This document shows, one piece after another, positions 49,201 through 60,877 of a DNA stretch of 62,694 nucleotides. Location: NCBI GenBank assembly GCA_032718475.1, contig JAUCBJ010005778.1, positions 1 to 62,694 on the forward strand, written 5' to 3'. Source of the DNA: Nemertoderma westbladi (Eukaryota > Animalia > Xenacoelomorpha). The first letter of the stretch is position 1. Each line of letters begins with the position of its first letter. The position numbers and the translations under genes were made by a program. Under the pieces are notes generated by a model that saw nothing but the letters and a program-made list of their open reading frames with translations, searched no databases and was not told the DNA's origin.

Positions 49201-52200
49201 CGTTGTTTTACGTTGTTGATAGTAAATATTAGAATTACTCGGGTGGGTTAATTTGAGTACTACATAGTTGTTTTACGTTGTTGATAGTAAATATTTTGAT
49301 TAATATTTGAATAATATTACTCGGGTGGGTTAATTTGAGTACTACATAGTTGTTTTACGTTGTTGATAGTAAATATTTTGATTGATACAACTCGGGTGGG
49401 TTAATTTGAGTACTACATAGTTGTTTTACGTTGTTGATAGTAAATATTTTGATTAATATTTGAATAATATTACTCGGGTGGGTTAATTTGAGTACTACAT
49501 AGTTGTTTTACGTTGTTGATAGTAAATATTTTGATTAATATTTGAATAATATTACTCGGGTGGGTTAATTTGAGTACTACATAGTTGTTTTACGTTGTTG
49601 ATAGTAAATATTTTGATTAATATTTGAATAATATTACTCGGGTGGGTTAATTTGAGTACTACATAGTTGTTTTACGTTGTTGATAGTAAATATTTTGATT
49701 AATATTTGAATAATATTACTCGGGTGGGTTAATTTGAGTACTACATAGTTGTTTTACGTTGTTGATAGTAAATATTTTGATTAATATTTGAATAATATTA
49801 CTCGGGTGGGTTAATTTGAGTACTACATAGTTGTTTTACGTTGTTGATAGTAAATATTTTGATTAATATTTGAATAATATTACTCGGGTGGGTTAATTTG
49901 AGTACTACATAGTTGTTTTACGTTGTTGATAGTAAATATTTTGATTAATATTTGAATAATATTACTCGGGTGGGTTAATTTGAGTACTACATAGTTGTTT
50001 TACGTTGTTGATAGTAAATATTTTGATTAATATTTGAATAATATTACTCGGGTGGGTTAATTTGAGTACTACATAGTTGTTTTACGTTGTTGATAGTAAA
50101 TATTTTGATTAATATTTGAATAATATTACTCGGGTGGGTTAATTTGAGTACTACATAGTTGTTTTACGTTGTTGATAGTAAATATTTTGATTAATATTTG
50201 AATAATATTACTCGGGTGGGTTAATTTGAGTACTACATAGTTGTTTTACGTTGTTGATAGTAAATATTTTGATTAATATTTGAATAATATTACTCGGGTG
50301 GGTTAATTTGAGTACTACATAGTTGTTTTACGTTGTTGATAGTAAATATTTTGATTAATATTTGAATAATATTACTCGGGTGGGTTAATTTGAGTACTAC
50401 ATAGTTGTTTTACGTTGTTGATAGTAAATATTTTGATTAATATTTGAATAATATTACTCGGGTGGGTTAATTTGAGTACTACATAGTTGTTTTACGTTGT
50501 TGATAGTAAATATTTTGATTAATATTTGAATAATATTACTCGGGTGGGTTAATTTGAGTACTACATAGTTGTTTTACGTTGTTGATAGTAAATATTAGAA
50601 TTACTCGGGTGGGTTAATTTGAGTACTACATAGTTGTTTTACGTTGTTGATAGTAAATATTTTGATTAATATTTGAATAATATTACTCGGGTGGGTTAAT
50701 TTGAGTACTACATAGTTGTTTTACGTTGTTGATAGTAAATATTTTGATTAATATTTGAATAATATTACTCGGGTGGGTTAATTTGAGTACTACATAGTTG
50801 TTTTACGTTGTTGATAGTAAATATTAGAATTACTCGGGTGGGTTAATTTGAGTACTACATAGTTGTTTTACGTTGTTGATAGTAAATATTAGAATTACTC
50901 GGGTGGGTTAATTTGAGTACTACATAGTTGTTTTACGTTGTTGATAGTAAATATTAGAATTACTCGGGTGGGTTAATTTGAGTACTACATAGTTGTTTTA
51001 CGTTGTTGATAGTAAATATTTTGATTAATATTTGAATAATATTACTCGGGTGGGTTAATTTGAGTACTACATAGTTGTTTTACGTTGTTGATAGTAAATA
51101 TTAGAATTACTCGGGTGGGTTAATTTGAGTACTACATAGTTGTTTTACGTTGTTGATAGTAAATATTTTGATTAATATTTGAATAATATTACTCGGGTGG
51201 GTTAATTTGAGTACTACATAGTTGTTTTACGTTGTTGATAGTAAATATTTTGATTAATATTTGAATAATATTACTCGGGTGGGTTAATTTGAGTACTACA
51301 TAGTTGTTTTACGTTGTTGATAGTAAATATTTTGATTAATATTTGAATAATATTACTCGGGTGGGTTAATTTGAGTACTACATAGTTGTTTTACGTTGTT
51401 GATAGTAAATATTTTGATTAATATTTGAATAATATTACTCGGGTGGGTTAATTTGAGTACTACATAGTTGTTTTACGTTGTTGATAGTAAATATTTTGAT
51501 TAATATTTGAATAATATTACTCGGGTGGGTTAATTTGAGTACTACATAGTTGTTTTACGTTGTTGATAGTAAATATTAGAATTACTCGGGTGGGTTAATT
51601 TGAGTACTACATAGTTGTTTTACGTTGTTGATAGTAAATATTTTGATTAATATTTGAATAATATTACTCGGGTGGGTTAATTTGAGTACTACATAGTTGT
51701 TTTACGTTGTTGATAGTAAATATTAGAATTACTCGGGTGGGTTAATTTGAGTACTACATAGTTGTTTTACGTTGTTGATAGTAAATATTTTGATTAATAT
51801 TTGAATAATATTACTCGGGTGGGTTAATTTGAGTACTACATAGTTGTTTTACGTTGTTGATAGTAAATATTTTGATTAATATTTGAATAATATTACTCGG
51901 GTGGGTTAATTTGAGTACTACATAGTTGTTTTACGTTGTTGATAGTAAATATTTTGATTAATATTTGAATAATATTACTCGGGTGGGTTAATTTGAGTAC
52001 TACATAGTTGTTTTACGTTGTTGATAGTAAATATTTTGATTAATATTTGAATAATATTACTCGGGTGGGTTAATTTGAGTACTACATAGTTGTTTTACGT
52101 TGTTGATAGTAAATATTTTGATTAATATTTGAATAATATTACTCGGGTGGGTTAATTTGAGTACTACATAGTTGTTTTACGTTGTTGATAGTAAATATTA

Positions 52201-54010
52201 GAATTACTCGGGTGGGTTAATTTGAGTACTACATAGTTGTTTTACGTTGTTGATAGTAAATATTTTGATTAATATTTGAATAATATTACTCGGGTGGGTT
52301 AATTTGAGTACTACATAGTTGTTTTACGTTGTTGATAGTAAATATTAGAATTACTCGGGTGGGTTAATTTGAGTACTACATAGTTGTTTTACGTTGTTGA
52401 TAGTAAATATTAGAATTACTCGGGTGGGTTAATTTGAGTACTACAACGTTGTTTTACGTTGTTGATAGTAAATATTTTGATTAATATTTGAATAATATTA
52501 CTCGGGTGGGTTAATTTGAGTACTACATAGTTGTTTTACGTTGTTGATAGTAAATATTAGAATTACTCGGGTGGGTTAATTTGAGTACTACATAGTTGTT
52601 TTACGTTGTTGATAGTAAATATTTTGATTAATATTTGAATAATATTACTCGGGTGGGTTAATTTGAGTACTACATAGTTGTTTTACGTTGTTGATAGTAA
52701 ATATTAGAATTACTCGGGTGGGTTAATTTGAGTACTTCATAGTTGTTTTACGTTGTTGATAGTAAATATTTTGATTAATATTTGAATAATATTACTCGGG
52801 TGGGTTAATTTGAGCACTACATAGTTGTTTTACGTTGTTGATAGTAAATATTTTTATTAATACAACTCGGGTGGGATAATTTGAGTACTACAACGTTGTT
52901 TTACGTTGTTGATAGTAAATATTAGAATTACTCGGGTGGGTTAATTTGAGTACTACAACGTTGTTTTACGTTGTTGATAGTAAATATTAGAATTACTCGG
53001 GTGGGTTAATTTGAGTACTACATAGTTGTTTTACGTTGTTGATAGTAAATATTAGAATTACTCGGGTGGGTTAATTTGAGTACTACAACGTTGTTTTACG
53101 TTGTTGATAGTAAATATTAGAATTACTCGGGTGGGTTAATTTGAGTACTACATAGTTGTTTTACGTTGTTGATAGTAAATATTAGAATTACTCGGGTGGG
53201 TTAATTTGAGTACTACATAGTTGTTTTACGTTGTTGATAGTAAATATTAGAATTACTCGGGTGGGTTAATTTGAGTACTACATAGTTGTTTTACGTTGTT
53301 GATAGTAAATATTAGAATTACTCGGGTGGGTTAATTTGAGTACTACATAGTTGTTTTACGTTGTTGATAGTAAATATTTTGATTAATATTTGAATAATAT
53401 TACTCGGGTGGGTTAATTTGAGTACTACATAGTTGTTTTACGTTGTTGATAGTAAATATTAGAATTACTCGGGTGGGTTAATTTGAGTACTACATAGTTG
53501 TTTTACGTTGTTGATAGTAAATATTAGAATTACTCGGGTGGGTTAATTTGAGTACTACATAGTTGTTTTACGTTGTTGATAGTAAATATTTTGATTAATA
53601 TTTGAATAATATTACTCGGGTGGGTTAATTTGAGTACTACATAGTTGTTTTACGTTGTTGATAGTAAATATTAGAATTACTCGGGTGGGTTAATTTGAGT
53701 ACTACATAGTTGTTTTACGTTGTTGATAGTAAATATTAGAATTACTCGGGTGGGTTAATTTGAGTACTTCATAGTTGTTTTACGTTGTTGATAGTAAATA
53801 TTTTGATTAATATTTGAATAATATTACTCGGGTGGGTTAATTTGAGCACTACATAGTTGTTTTACGTTGTTGATAGTAAATATTTTTATTAATACAACTC
53901 GGGTGGGATAATTTGAGTACTACAACGTTGTTTTACGTTGTTGATAGTAAATATTAGAATTACTCGGGTGGGTTAATTTGAGTACTACATCGTTGTTTTA
54001 CGTTGTTGAT
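46240..54010. repeat. 7.8-kb satellite: 59-bp constant core plus three linker variants (units 65, 71-72, 82 bp), roughly 105 units
   Basis: Core actcgggtgggttaatttgagtactaca(ta/ac/tc)gttgttttacgttgttgatagtaaatatt followed by agaatt, tt(g/t)attaataca or ttgattaatatttgaataatatt. Confidence 0.97.
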
Positions 54011-54752
54011 ACCCTAAAGGGGTAATCTGAGTACCACTATCTGGGTGAATGAATTTCTTAATATCAATATCTATACTAAGCCTCTATGCATAATTGTATA
54101 ATGTCTGTTAAGTTTATATTGTACCGTCCTTTTTACATTTTACTTTTATTCTATGGATAAATAAATGCCAGTGGCACTGGTTTGCGCTCTTGTGCGCGAG
54201 GAGTATAATAAAACAAAAATCACCGTACGATTTCTTGAGAACTGTAAATTTCCATTTTAAAAATTTAGTGGGAGGCACAAAACTCATGCGCTGCATATTT
54301 TTCAAAATTTTTGGTTTCATGTACCACCACTTAAGATAAATATATAAAATTAGAGCAAAAAAAATGTATATAATCTTTTGAGCTGGAATGCAATGGGGAA
54401 ATTCACTTGAGCATTGAAAATAAGGAAAATAATATTTTTTGAAAGACCCTACACCCATTCTAAGTTTCTATTCTATTTCATGCATCTTCTATTGTTTTTT
54501 TACAACATAATTCAATATAAATATTTTATAATTTTTTTGGAATATGATGTTATGGTATATGTTACCTTTTGTGATCTTACTGGGGGTGTGCGTACTGATA
54601 ACCATGTAATTTATCCGTATTGAATGTTCGGTGGATGTGATTTATCCTTATAATTAATTAGTTTGTGTTTTATGAAAAAGCTATACAAATTCTTTATTAA
54701 AGAATATAATAATTTTCATTCCACCCTTTTAACCGATTTTTAACGCCGAAAG

Positions 54753-54900
54753 GCGGGGTAGCTCAGTTTGTTGAACGCCAAGCTTTCAATCTATTGGTTC
54801 TAGGTTCAGCCCCGCCAGGGTCCACTCAACGTTTCATCCACTGGGGTCGATAAAATAATTACCAGTACCAGTTGAATTAGTGGGTGCAAAAACTACGGTA
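54753..54900 (+). mobile_element. tRNA-headed Nin/Deu-domain SINE
   Basis: gcggggtagctcagtt (A box)...ggttcagccc (B-box-like), then cactcaacgtttcatccactggggtcgataaaat..taccag. Confidence 0.65.
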
Positions 54901-55678
54901 AGATATTTTCCTAAAAAAACATTTAAATACCTTTGGGTTGATAATAAAACAGCTGACTTTTCCTACCTATACATATATCTTACAGTATAGTTGACGTCTG
55001 TGTTCTTATACAGTGCCAGCTACCTGTATCATCAGTCAACCTCAACACCATAATACGTTTAATTTCTGGGATTTAGGCATACTGGTACTATCAGACGTAC
55101 CACTTTCCCACGGCGGTACCATCTACCGGGGCAGGGATTATTCATAAAATCTGACGACTTATTTCCACTGCTGTCACCCAAGAACTTTACTCCCCATAGG
55201 AAATTGGTACTCATTTAGTTACCATTTAAGAATGTAATGCAGAGATGCGCCCTGGCTAGTCCCTTTGAAGCATTTTACGGTGATCTTCATTCCGGACACA
55301 CAAGACAAATCTCTGCTGCAGGTCATTATGAAAAGTACAATTTTTTAAAGTTGTTAGGTTTTAATTCGACACATTCAATTTGTAGTTAACGATTATAAGA
55401 AGAAACAAGGAATTTACATTAATTAATAATTAATAAATTCATTCATAATTATCATTCAGGTATGCACTTTATAACTTGGAATCTAGGCTCTTCCGATTGG
55501 AATAATAGTGAGTAAAAACGTTCTGGAACAAACCTCGACATTAATGTTATTAATATTCATTGTATAATTTTTCCCTATCAAATTGTAATTGACAACATGT
55601 GCCATTGGATTATTGCCCGTGAAATTTAACCTTTTATTTTAAATTAAAAGATTCGTTTGTTCAGAAATTAATCATTTG

Positions 55679-56555
55679 TAATGGTCTACTAATTATCAGT
55701 TGTTTTTAAACTGCCTTTTGTAAAATTTTCAGTCTAAAGTTTTAGATCTATAAATAATTGATGAGATTGAGGTCTGCAAAAAACAAGACAGTTAGGTTAG
55801 GTTAGATTAGATCAAGTTAGTTGTTAGGTTAGGGTGTTTAAAGATCGGAATGGTAGAACGCCGACTTCTTACATTCGTATTAAAAAGTTCATAATCAAGA
55901 CTTGGCACGAGCGTGGGCGATTTTGCCAAGCCGTTCTCAAAGAAAAATTATAAATATCATTTTGTTTTGTAATGTCAATTTGAGAATCAGAGAATATTCA
56001 TGATTAGTCTTTGATTAAATCATGATTAAAACACACTACTTCCACCTGGAGTACGAGTAAATCTGCATAATCATATTCACACGATGTTATCAATGTCCGT
56101 TTTTTTAATTAAACTGTTTTTATCTAATTTTTTAGCAATCCTACATTTTAACAGTGCCGCGCCTTGCTCTTAATTTAGGAAAGGCGCTATATAAATATTT
56201 TAATTATTATTATTATTATTAATGGTCTACTAATTATCAGTTGTTTTTAAACTGCCATTTGTCAAATTTTCAGGCTAAAGTTTTAGATCAATAAATAATT
56301 GATAAGATTCAGAGGTCTGAAAAAAACAAGACAGTAGGCCTATGGTTAGGTTAGATTAGATCAAGTTAGTTGGGTTAGGGTTTTTAAAGATCGGAATGGT
56401 AGAACGCCGACTTCTTACATTCGTATTAACAGTTCATAATCAAGACTTGGCACGAGAGTGGGCGATTTTGCCAAGCCGTTCTCAAAGAAAAATTATAAAT
56501 ATCATTTTGTTTTGTAATGTCAATTTGAGAATCAGAGAATATTCATGATTAGTCT
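55679..56555 (+). repeat. About 330-bp direct repeats (55679-56010, 56220-56555) flanking a 210-bp insert with an L2-type 3' end and (ATT)n tail
   Basis: Repeat taatggtctactaattatc...gattagtct occurs twice. The insert ends cgccttg...gaaaggcgctatataaat + (att)n, matching the 3' end of the L2 at 19840-19880. Confidence 0.85.
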
Positions 56556-56957
56556 CTGTGACCGTATGGCTTAGATGTAGTATGAACTAGGGTAGTTTAA
56601 TCTATGGTAGTTCTATCTAGACATTAGTACTAACTTCGCGAGTAAGAACTAATGGTATGCTCAGTCACTTCCAACATAGTACTATATCTAAAGTATTAAC
56701 TACCCCGGTAAAATAAACTTTATGAACTTTTTATTTATAAACTTTATAGTTCCTTAATTGAGGTATCTCCACCTACACGCCTTCCCACTAACAGACTAAG
56801 TAGCCTGCTAATGAATTTGCTACGCAAAATAAGCACGAACTCTAGTTCAAACTATACTGTCAGTGACTGAGCATATGAACTAGTTCAAACTACCATAGTA
56901 TGAAGAATGAACTACCCTAGTAACTACTCCTAGTACGAACTAAGCATACGGCCCCTG
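56556..56957. mobile_element. MITE with imperfect terminal inverted repeats
   Basis: ctgtgaccgtatggcttag...ctaagcatacggcccctg, with internal inverted ctagggtagtt / aactaccctag. Confidence 0.55.
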
Positions 56958-57209
56958 AACTTATTCAATTATAATATTTCTATGAAAATTCAATTACATC
57001 CGAAATAATTAAGTGTCAAATTCAGACAGATTATAACCAATCAATAAACTCCATCTTGATTGAATATATTATTTGCGACTACCACCCAAGCGGTTCCACT
57101 ATTCATCATTTACAAAATATGATAGAGCAGTTCGGTTCTGTAAAATATAGTCAACCACCCGCTGATAAAAATTAATAGGTAGGCAACTTAATCCCAATAT
57201 GATATTATT

Positions 57210-58250
57210 TAATAATTATTATTATTATGCCAAATAGGCACCTTAGCACAATATACAATAAATAAATTAATAAATGAATAACAACAACTGGAGTTAAAAC
57301 ATAATAGCAGGGGACGGTTTAATTGGTGTGATTACTAAATAGGGACAAGGGACTTGGACCAATGGGAGGATAGCGGCAGATGGGGTGACTCGGGCACTCT
57401 AGAAGGTGATAACGGGTTGAGGGTTGGAGGCACAGAGGGTAAATGCAAGACTCCCCCCCCCCCCCCCCCCCTTGCATGGTTCATGGTAAGAGTTTTGTGA
57501 GCAGTAAAGATGGTGGTAGCCGTGAATGGAGTATCTAGTCGGTTCGTGACGGAGTGGGTTCAGTGATGAGGTCAAAGTCCTGTCGGATATTACCTACCTG
57601 GTCAAGTTTAATCGATTTTTTGCCGTTTTGTGTGCTCCAATGACCCATTTTTAAGAAGGAAGATTTAATTGTCAATGGTGATAAGGTTGGCAACTGAAAG
57701 GAACGACCAGATTTCTCTCAATCCATACAAAATGGTTGGGTGGACTTTGAGGTTGAAAAGTTTGACTGCAATTGTTAATGATAGCAGCTGATGATTGACT
57801 ATACGATGTGTGAGGCAAAGCTGATAACCTTTGCAAGATGCAATGATGTGTTTGGTAAAGGAGGGCGTGCTTTGGAAAGTGACACCGAGGTTTTTATATG
57901 AGTTAATTATTAGGAACGAGTTCGTTATTGTCAGTGAGAGAGTCGAGTGAGGCTACAGCCGCGGCGAAATTTAATATCCCAAGGTTGACTGCGAGGCCGT
58001 TAAAACACGGTAATTAAGTTAGCACCGAGTGCGCATTCGTTGAGCAGTTCTGAAATGCGGGAGGAAAAATGTAGTGATTTCCTGTAGTGCGGATGTGTAT
58101 AGTGACGTAATGAGTCATATTAACTAAACACTGACGTCATATCGGGTTTCCATGGCGTCAACTGATGTCACATAAGATTTTTTTAGCTATGAGCACCGGC
58201 GAGCAATTCGCAATGCGTGCGACAATAGGATTGTAATGCGGAATGCGCAC
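57210..58250 (-). mobile_element. Heavily decayed non-LTR retrotransposon 3' portion
   Basis: Minus strand YKNLGVTFQSTPSFTKHI (thumb-region motif); (TAA)n-like tail near 57212-57228. Confidence 0.4.
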
Positions 58251-58252
58251 GG

Positions 58253-58803
58253 TACTACTAGGATCGACATGCTGCATTGCAGCTGCATTTTTAAGAATGC
58301 TGTGCTGGCTTGTCAACAAAATTGCACCGCCACAACTCCCTATCACCCATGACATTTGCTAGATCATCCGCATCTTCAAGGCCAGTGTCCTTTAAGATGC
58401 GTCTCAAGAAAGTCATGGGCTGTCCACCATGCTTATTCACTCCATGAGGCTGCCAAAGTACAAGATTATGCACTGGCTGGTCCTCACGGCAAAAGCAATG
58501 TCCTGCAAAGCGGAGGCGATTTTGTTCTAGTGTCAAGCTTGGGGGAACCAATGAGACACCTCCAATGTTATATAGTGTCTGGTTGGAGATGTGAACACAA
58601 TGAACCCGGCGTAGCATTTTTGTGAATGTGCCATCCAGAGATTTGGTGTCCTCAGCAGTTAGAGCCCAGCATGGACTCCCGTAGAGGAGTACTGGAACTA
58701 CTGCTGCTCTAAATAATAGGACCTTAAGTTTCCGATTAATTTTCGGTGACTTCCAAATCCTGGAAAGCCTATTCAAGGCTGCCCATGCCTTTCCCATGCG
58801 CAC
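58253..58803 (-). mobile_element. RTE-clade LINE 3' fragment, open frame, (TAG)n tail
   Basis: RMGKAWAALNRLSRIWKS...LFRAAVVPVLLYGSPCWALT...RLRFAGHC...DRELWR. Confidence 0.9.
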
Positions 58804-59519
58804 CGGTGGCGGTGGTCAAAGTTCAGTTTGTATGAAATGCTGTTATGTTATGTGCACCGGAGCTCAAATATGAGGTTATTGCAGTGTTTTAGTGGGAAAT
58901 TTAAAACGATCAGGTGTAATATACATTAATCAGTTATACTCACCGTAGCCAGATCTATGGGAACAAAGTTTTTGCTATGACGGACAGAAAACAGACAAAC
59001 AATGGACAAACGGACAGTTCAAATGTCCCAAATAGTAGCCTGCCGTTGTTTTGCAATACACCCTATCCTAAAAAACCACATTTTGAGATATTAACCTAAA
59101 CGCGTTTCCCCTAATTCAACATTGAAGACATTGTGAGAAATCGCTGATAATGGGTCCTAAGGGAACTTAACAGGCTAACTTAGATTTTTTTAATAGAATA
59201 GATGGTGAGAGATGACGAAAAAGGGATTAAAGTGATGAAATAAAATTATAGGGTGTTTTGCCATTCAATGTAAGTTGATTTGTTGGAGATATGGTGTTTA
59301 ACCAATGGTTCTGGTTTCAAAGAAACTAGTATAAAACAGTGATTTTTTGTTCTGCCAGCATGTTTTGTAGAGCATTTTGTATCACGTATTATTAGTTTAG
59401 AGCTTGCTGGAGTTGGGGTGTATTGCCATGTCAACAAGAAGTCAAAATGATGAATGATGAGGTGACTAAAATTAATTCCTTCCCAAATAAATACAAAAGG
59501 TAAAGAAAGGTATTTATTT

Positions 59520-60678
59520 AACCATCATCCCCAGTTCCAACCACATCTCCACCTTACCCCGTTCCAACCCCATCTCCACCATCCCCAGTTCCAACAACAA
59601 TTCCACCTTCCCCAGTTCCAACCACATCTCCACCTTCCCCAGTTCCAACCACATCTCCACCTTCCCCAGTTCCAACAACCACTCCACCTTCCCCCGTTCC
59701 AACCACATCTCTACCATCCCCAGTTCCAACAACAATTCCACCTTCCCCAGTTCCAACGACATCTCCACCTTCCTCAGTTCCAACAACCACTCCACCTTCC
59801 CCCGTTCCAACCACATCTCCACCTTCCCCAGTTCCAACAACCATTCCACCTCCCCCAGTTCCAACCACATCTCCACCTTCCCCAGTTCCAACAACCACTC
59901 CACCTTCCCCAGTTCCAACCACATCTCCACCTTCCCCAGTTCCAACAACCACTCCACCTTCCCCCGTTCCAACCACATCTCCTCCTTCCCCCGTTCCAAC
60001 AACCACTCCACCTTCCCCCGTTCCAACTACCATTCCACCTTCCCCAGTTCCAACAACCACTCCACCTTCTCCGGTTCCAACAACAATTCCACCTCCCCCA
60101 GTTCCAACCACATCTCCACCTTCCCCAGTTCCAACCCCATCTCCACCATCCCCAGTTCCAACAACCACTCCACCTTCCCCAGTTCCAACAACCATTCCAC
60201 CTTCCCCAGTTCCAACAACCATTCCACCTTCCCCAGTTCCAACAACCATTCCACCTTCCCCAGTTCCAGCAACCATTCCACCATCCCCAGTTCCAACAAC
60301 CATTCCACCTTCCCCAGTTCCAACAACCATTCCACCTTACCCAGTTCCAGCAACCATTCCACCTTCCCCAGTTCCAACAACCATTCCACCTTCCCCAGTT
60401 CCAACAACCATTCCACCATCCCCAACTCCAACAACCATTCCACCATCCCCAGTTCCAACAACCATTCCACCTTCCCCAGTTCCAACAACCATTCCACCTT
60501 CCCCAGTTCCAGCAACCATTCCACCTTCCCCAGTTCCAACAACCATTCCACCTTCCCCAGTTCCAACAACCATTCCACCATCCCCAACTCCAACAACCAT
60601 TCCACCTTCCCCAGTTCCAACAACCATTCCACCTTCCCCAGTTCCAACAACCATTCCACCTCCCCCAGTTCCAACAAG
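59520..60678. repeat. 27-bp minisatellite (ccaccttccccagttccaacaaccatt), about 43 units
   Basis: Direct reading; + frame PPSPVPTTI, - frames GTGEGGMVV and LELGKVEWL. Confidence 0.95.
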
Positions 60679-60877
60679 AGCTCCATCTTCTTCACCTTCC
60701 GTTTCCCCAGTACCTAACACTACATCACCCATCCCAGGCCCGGCGTCCAACTACTCCATCTGTCCCAGCTCCTATTTCTCCTTCTGATGTAATAACAAAT
60801 CCAAAAAACGTATCCAGATTCTCTTCCTCGTTATTATTGTCAAACTCCATTTCCCCTTAAAACTTATAAGACTGTTA

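Noticed and set aside
46240-54010. CRISPR array (constant repeat plus variable spacer look)
   Set aside because: Linkers are only three recurring AT-rich variants of 6-23 bp rather than unique spacers; no cas genes; eukaryotic context.
46240-54010. Tandem hammerhead ribozymes (retrozyme-like satellite)
   Set aside because: No CUGANGA/GAAA catalytic core on either strand of the unit.
4520-57472. Frequent poly-C/poly-G runs as a regulatory G-quadruplex system
   Set aside because: Several lie within MITE-like or TE sequence, and homopolymer length is error-prone; no positional pattern relative to genes.
59514-60750. Minus-strand LELGKVEWL and GTGEGGMVV proteins
   Set aside because: Repeat translations with non-ATG or internal starts and no recognisable domain.
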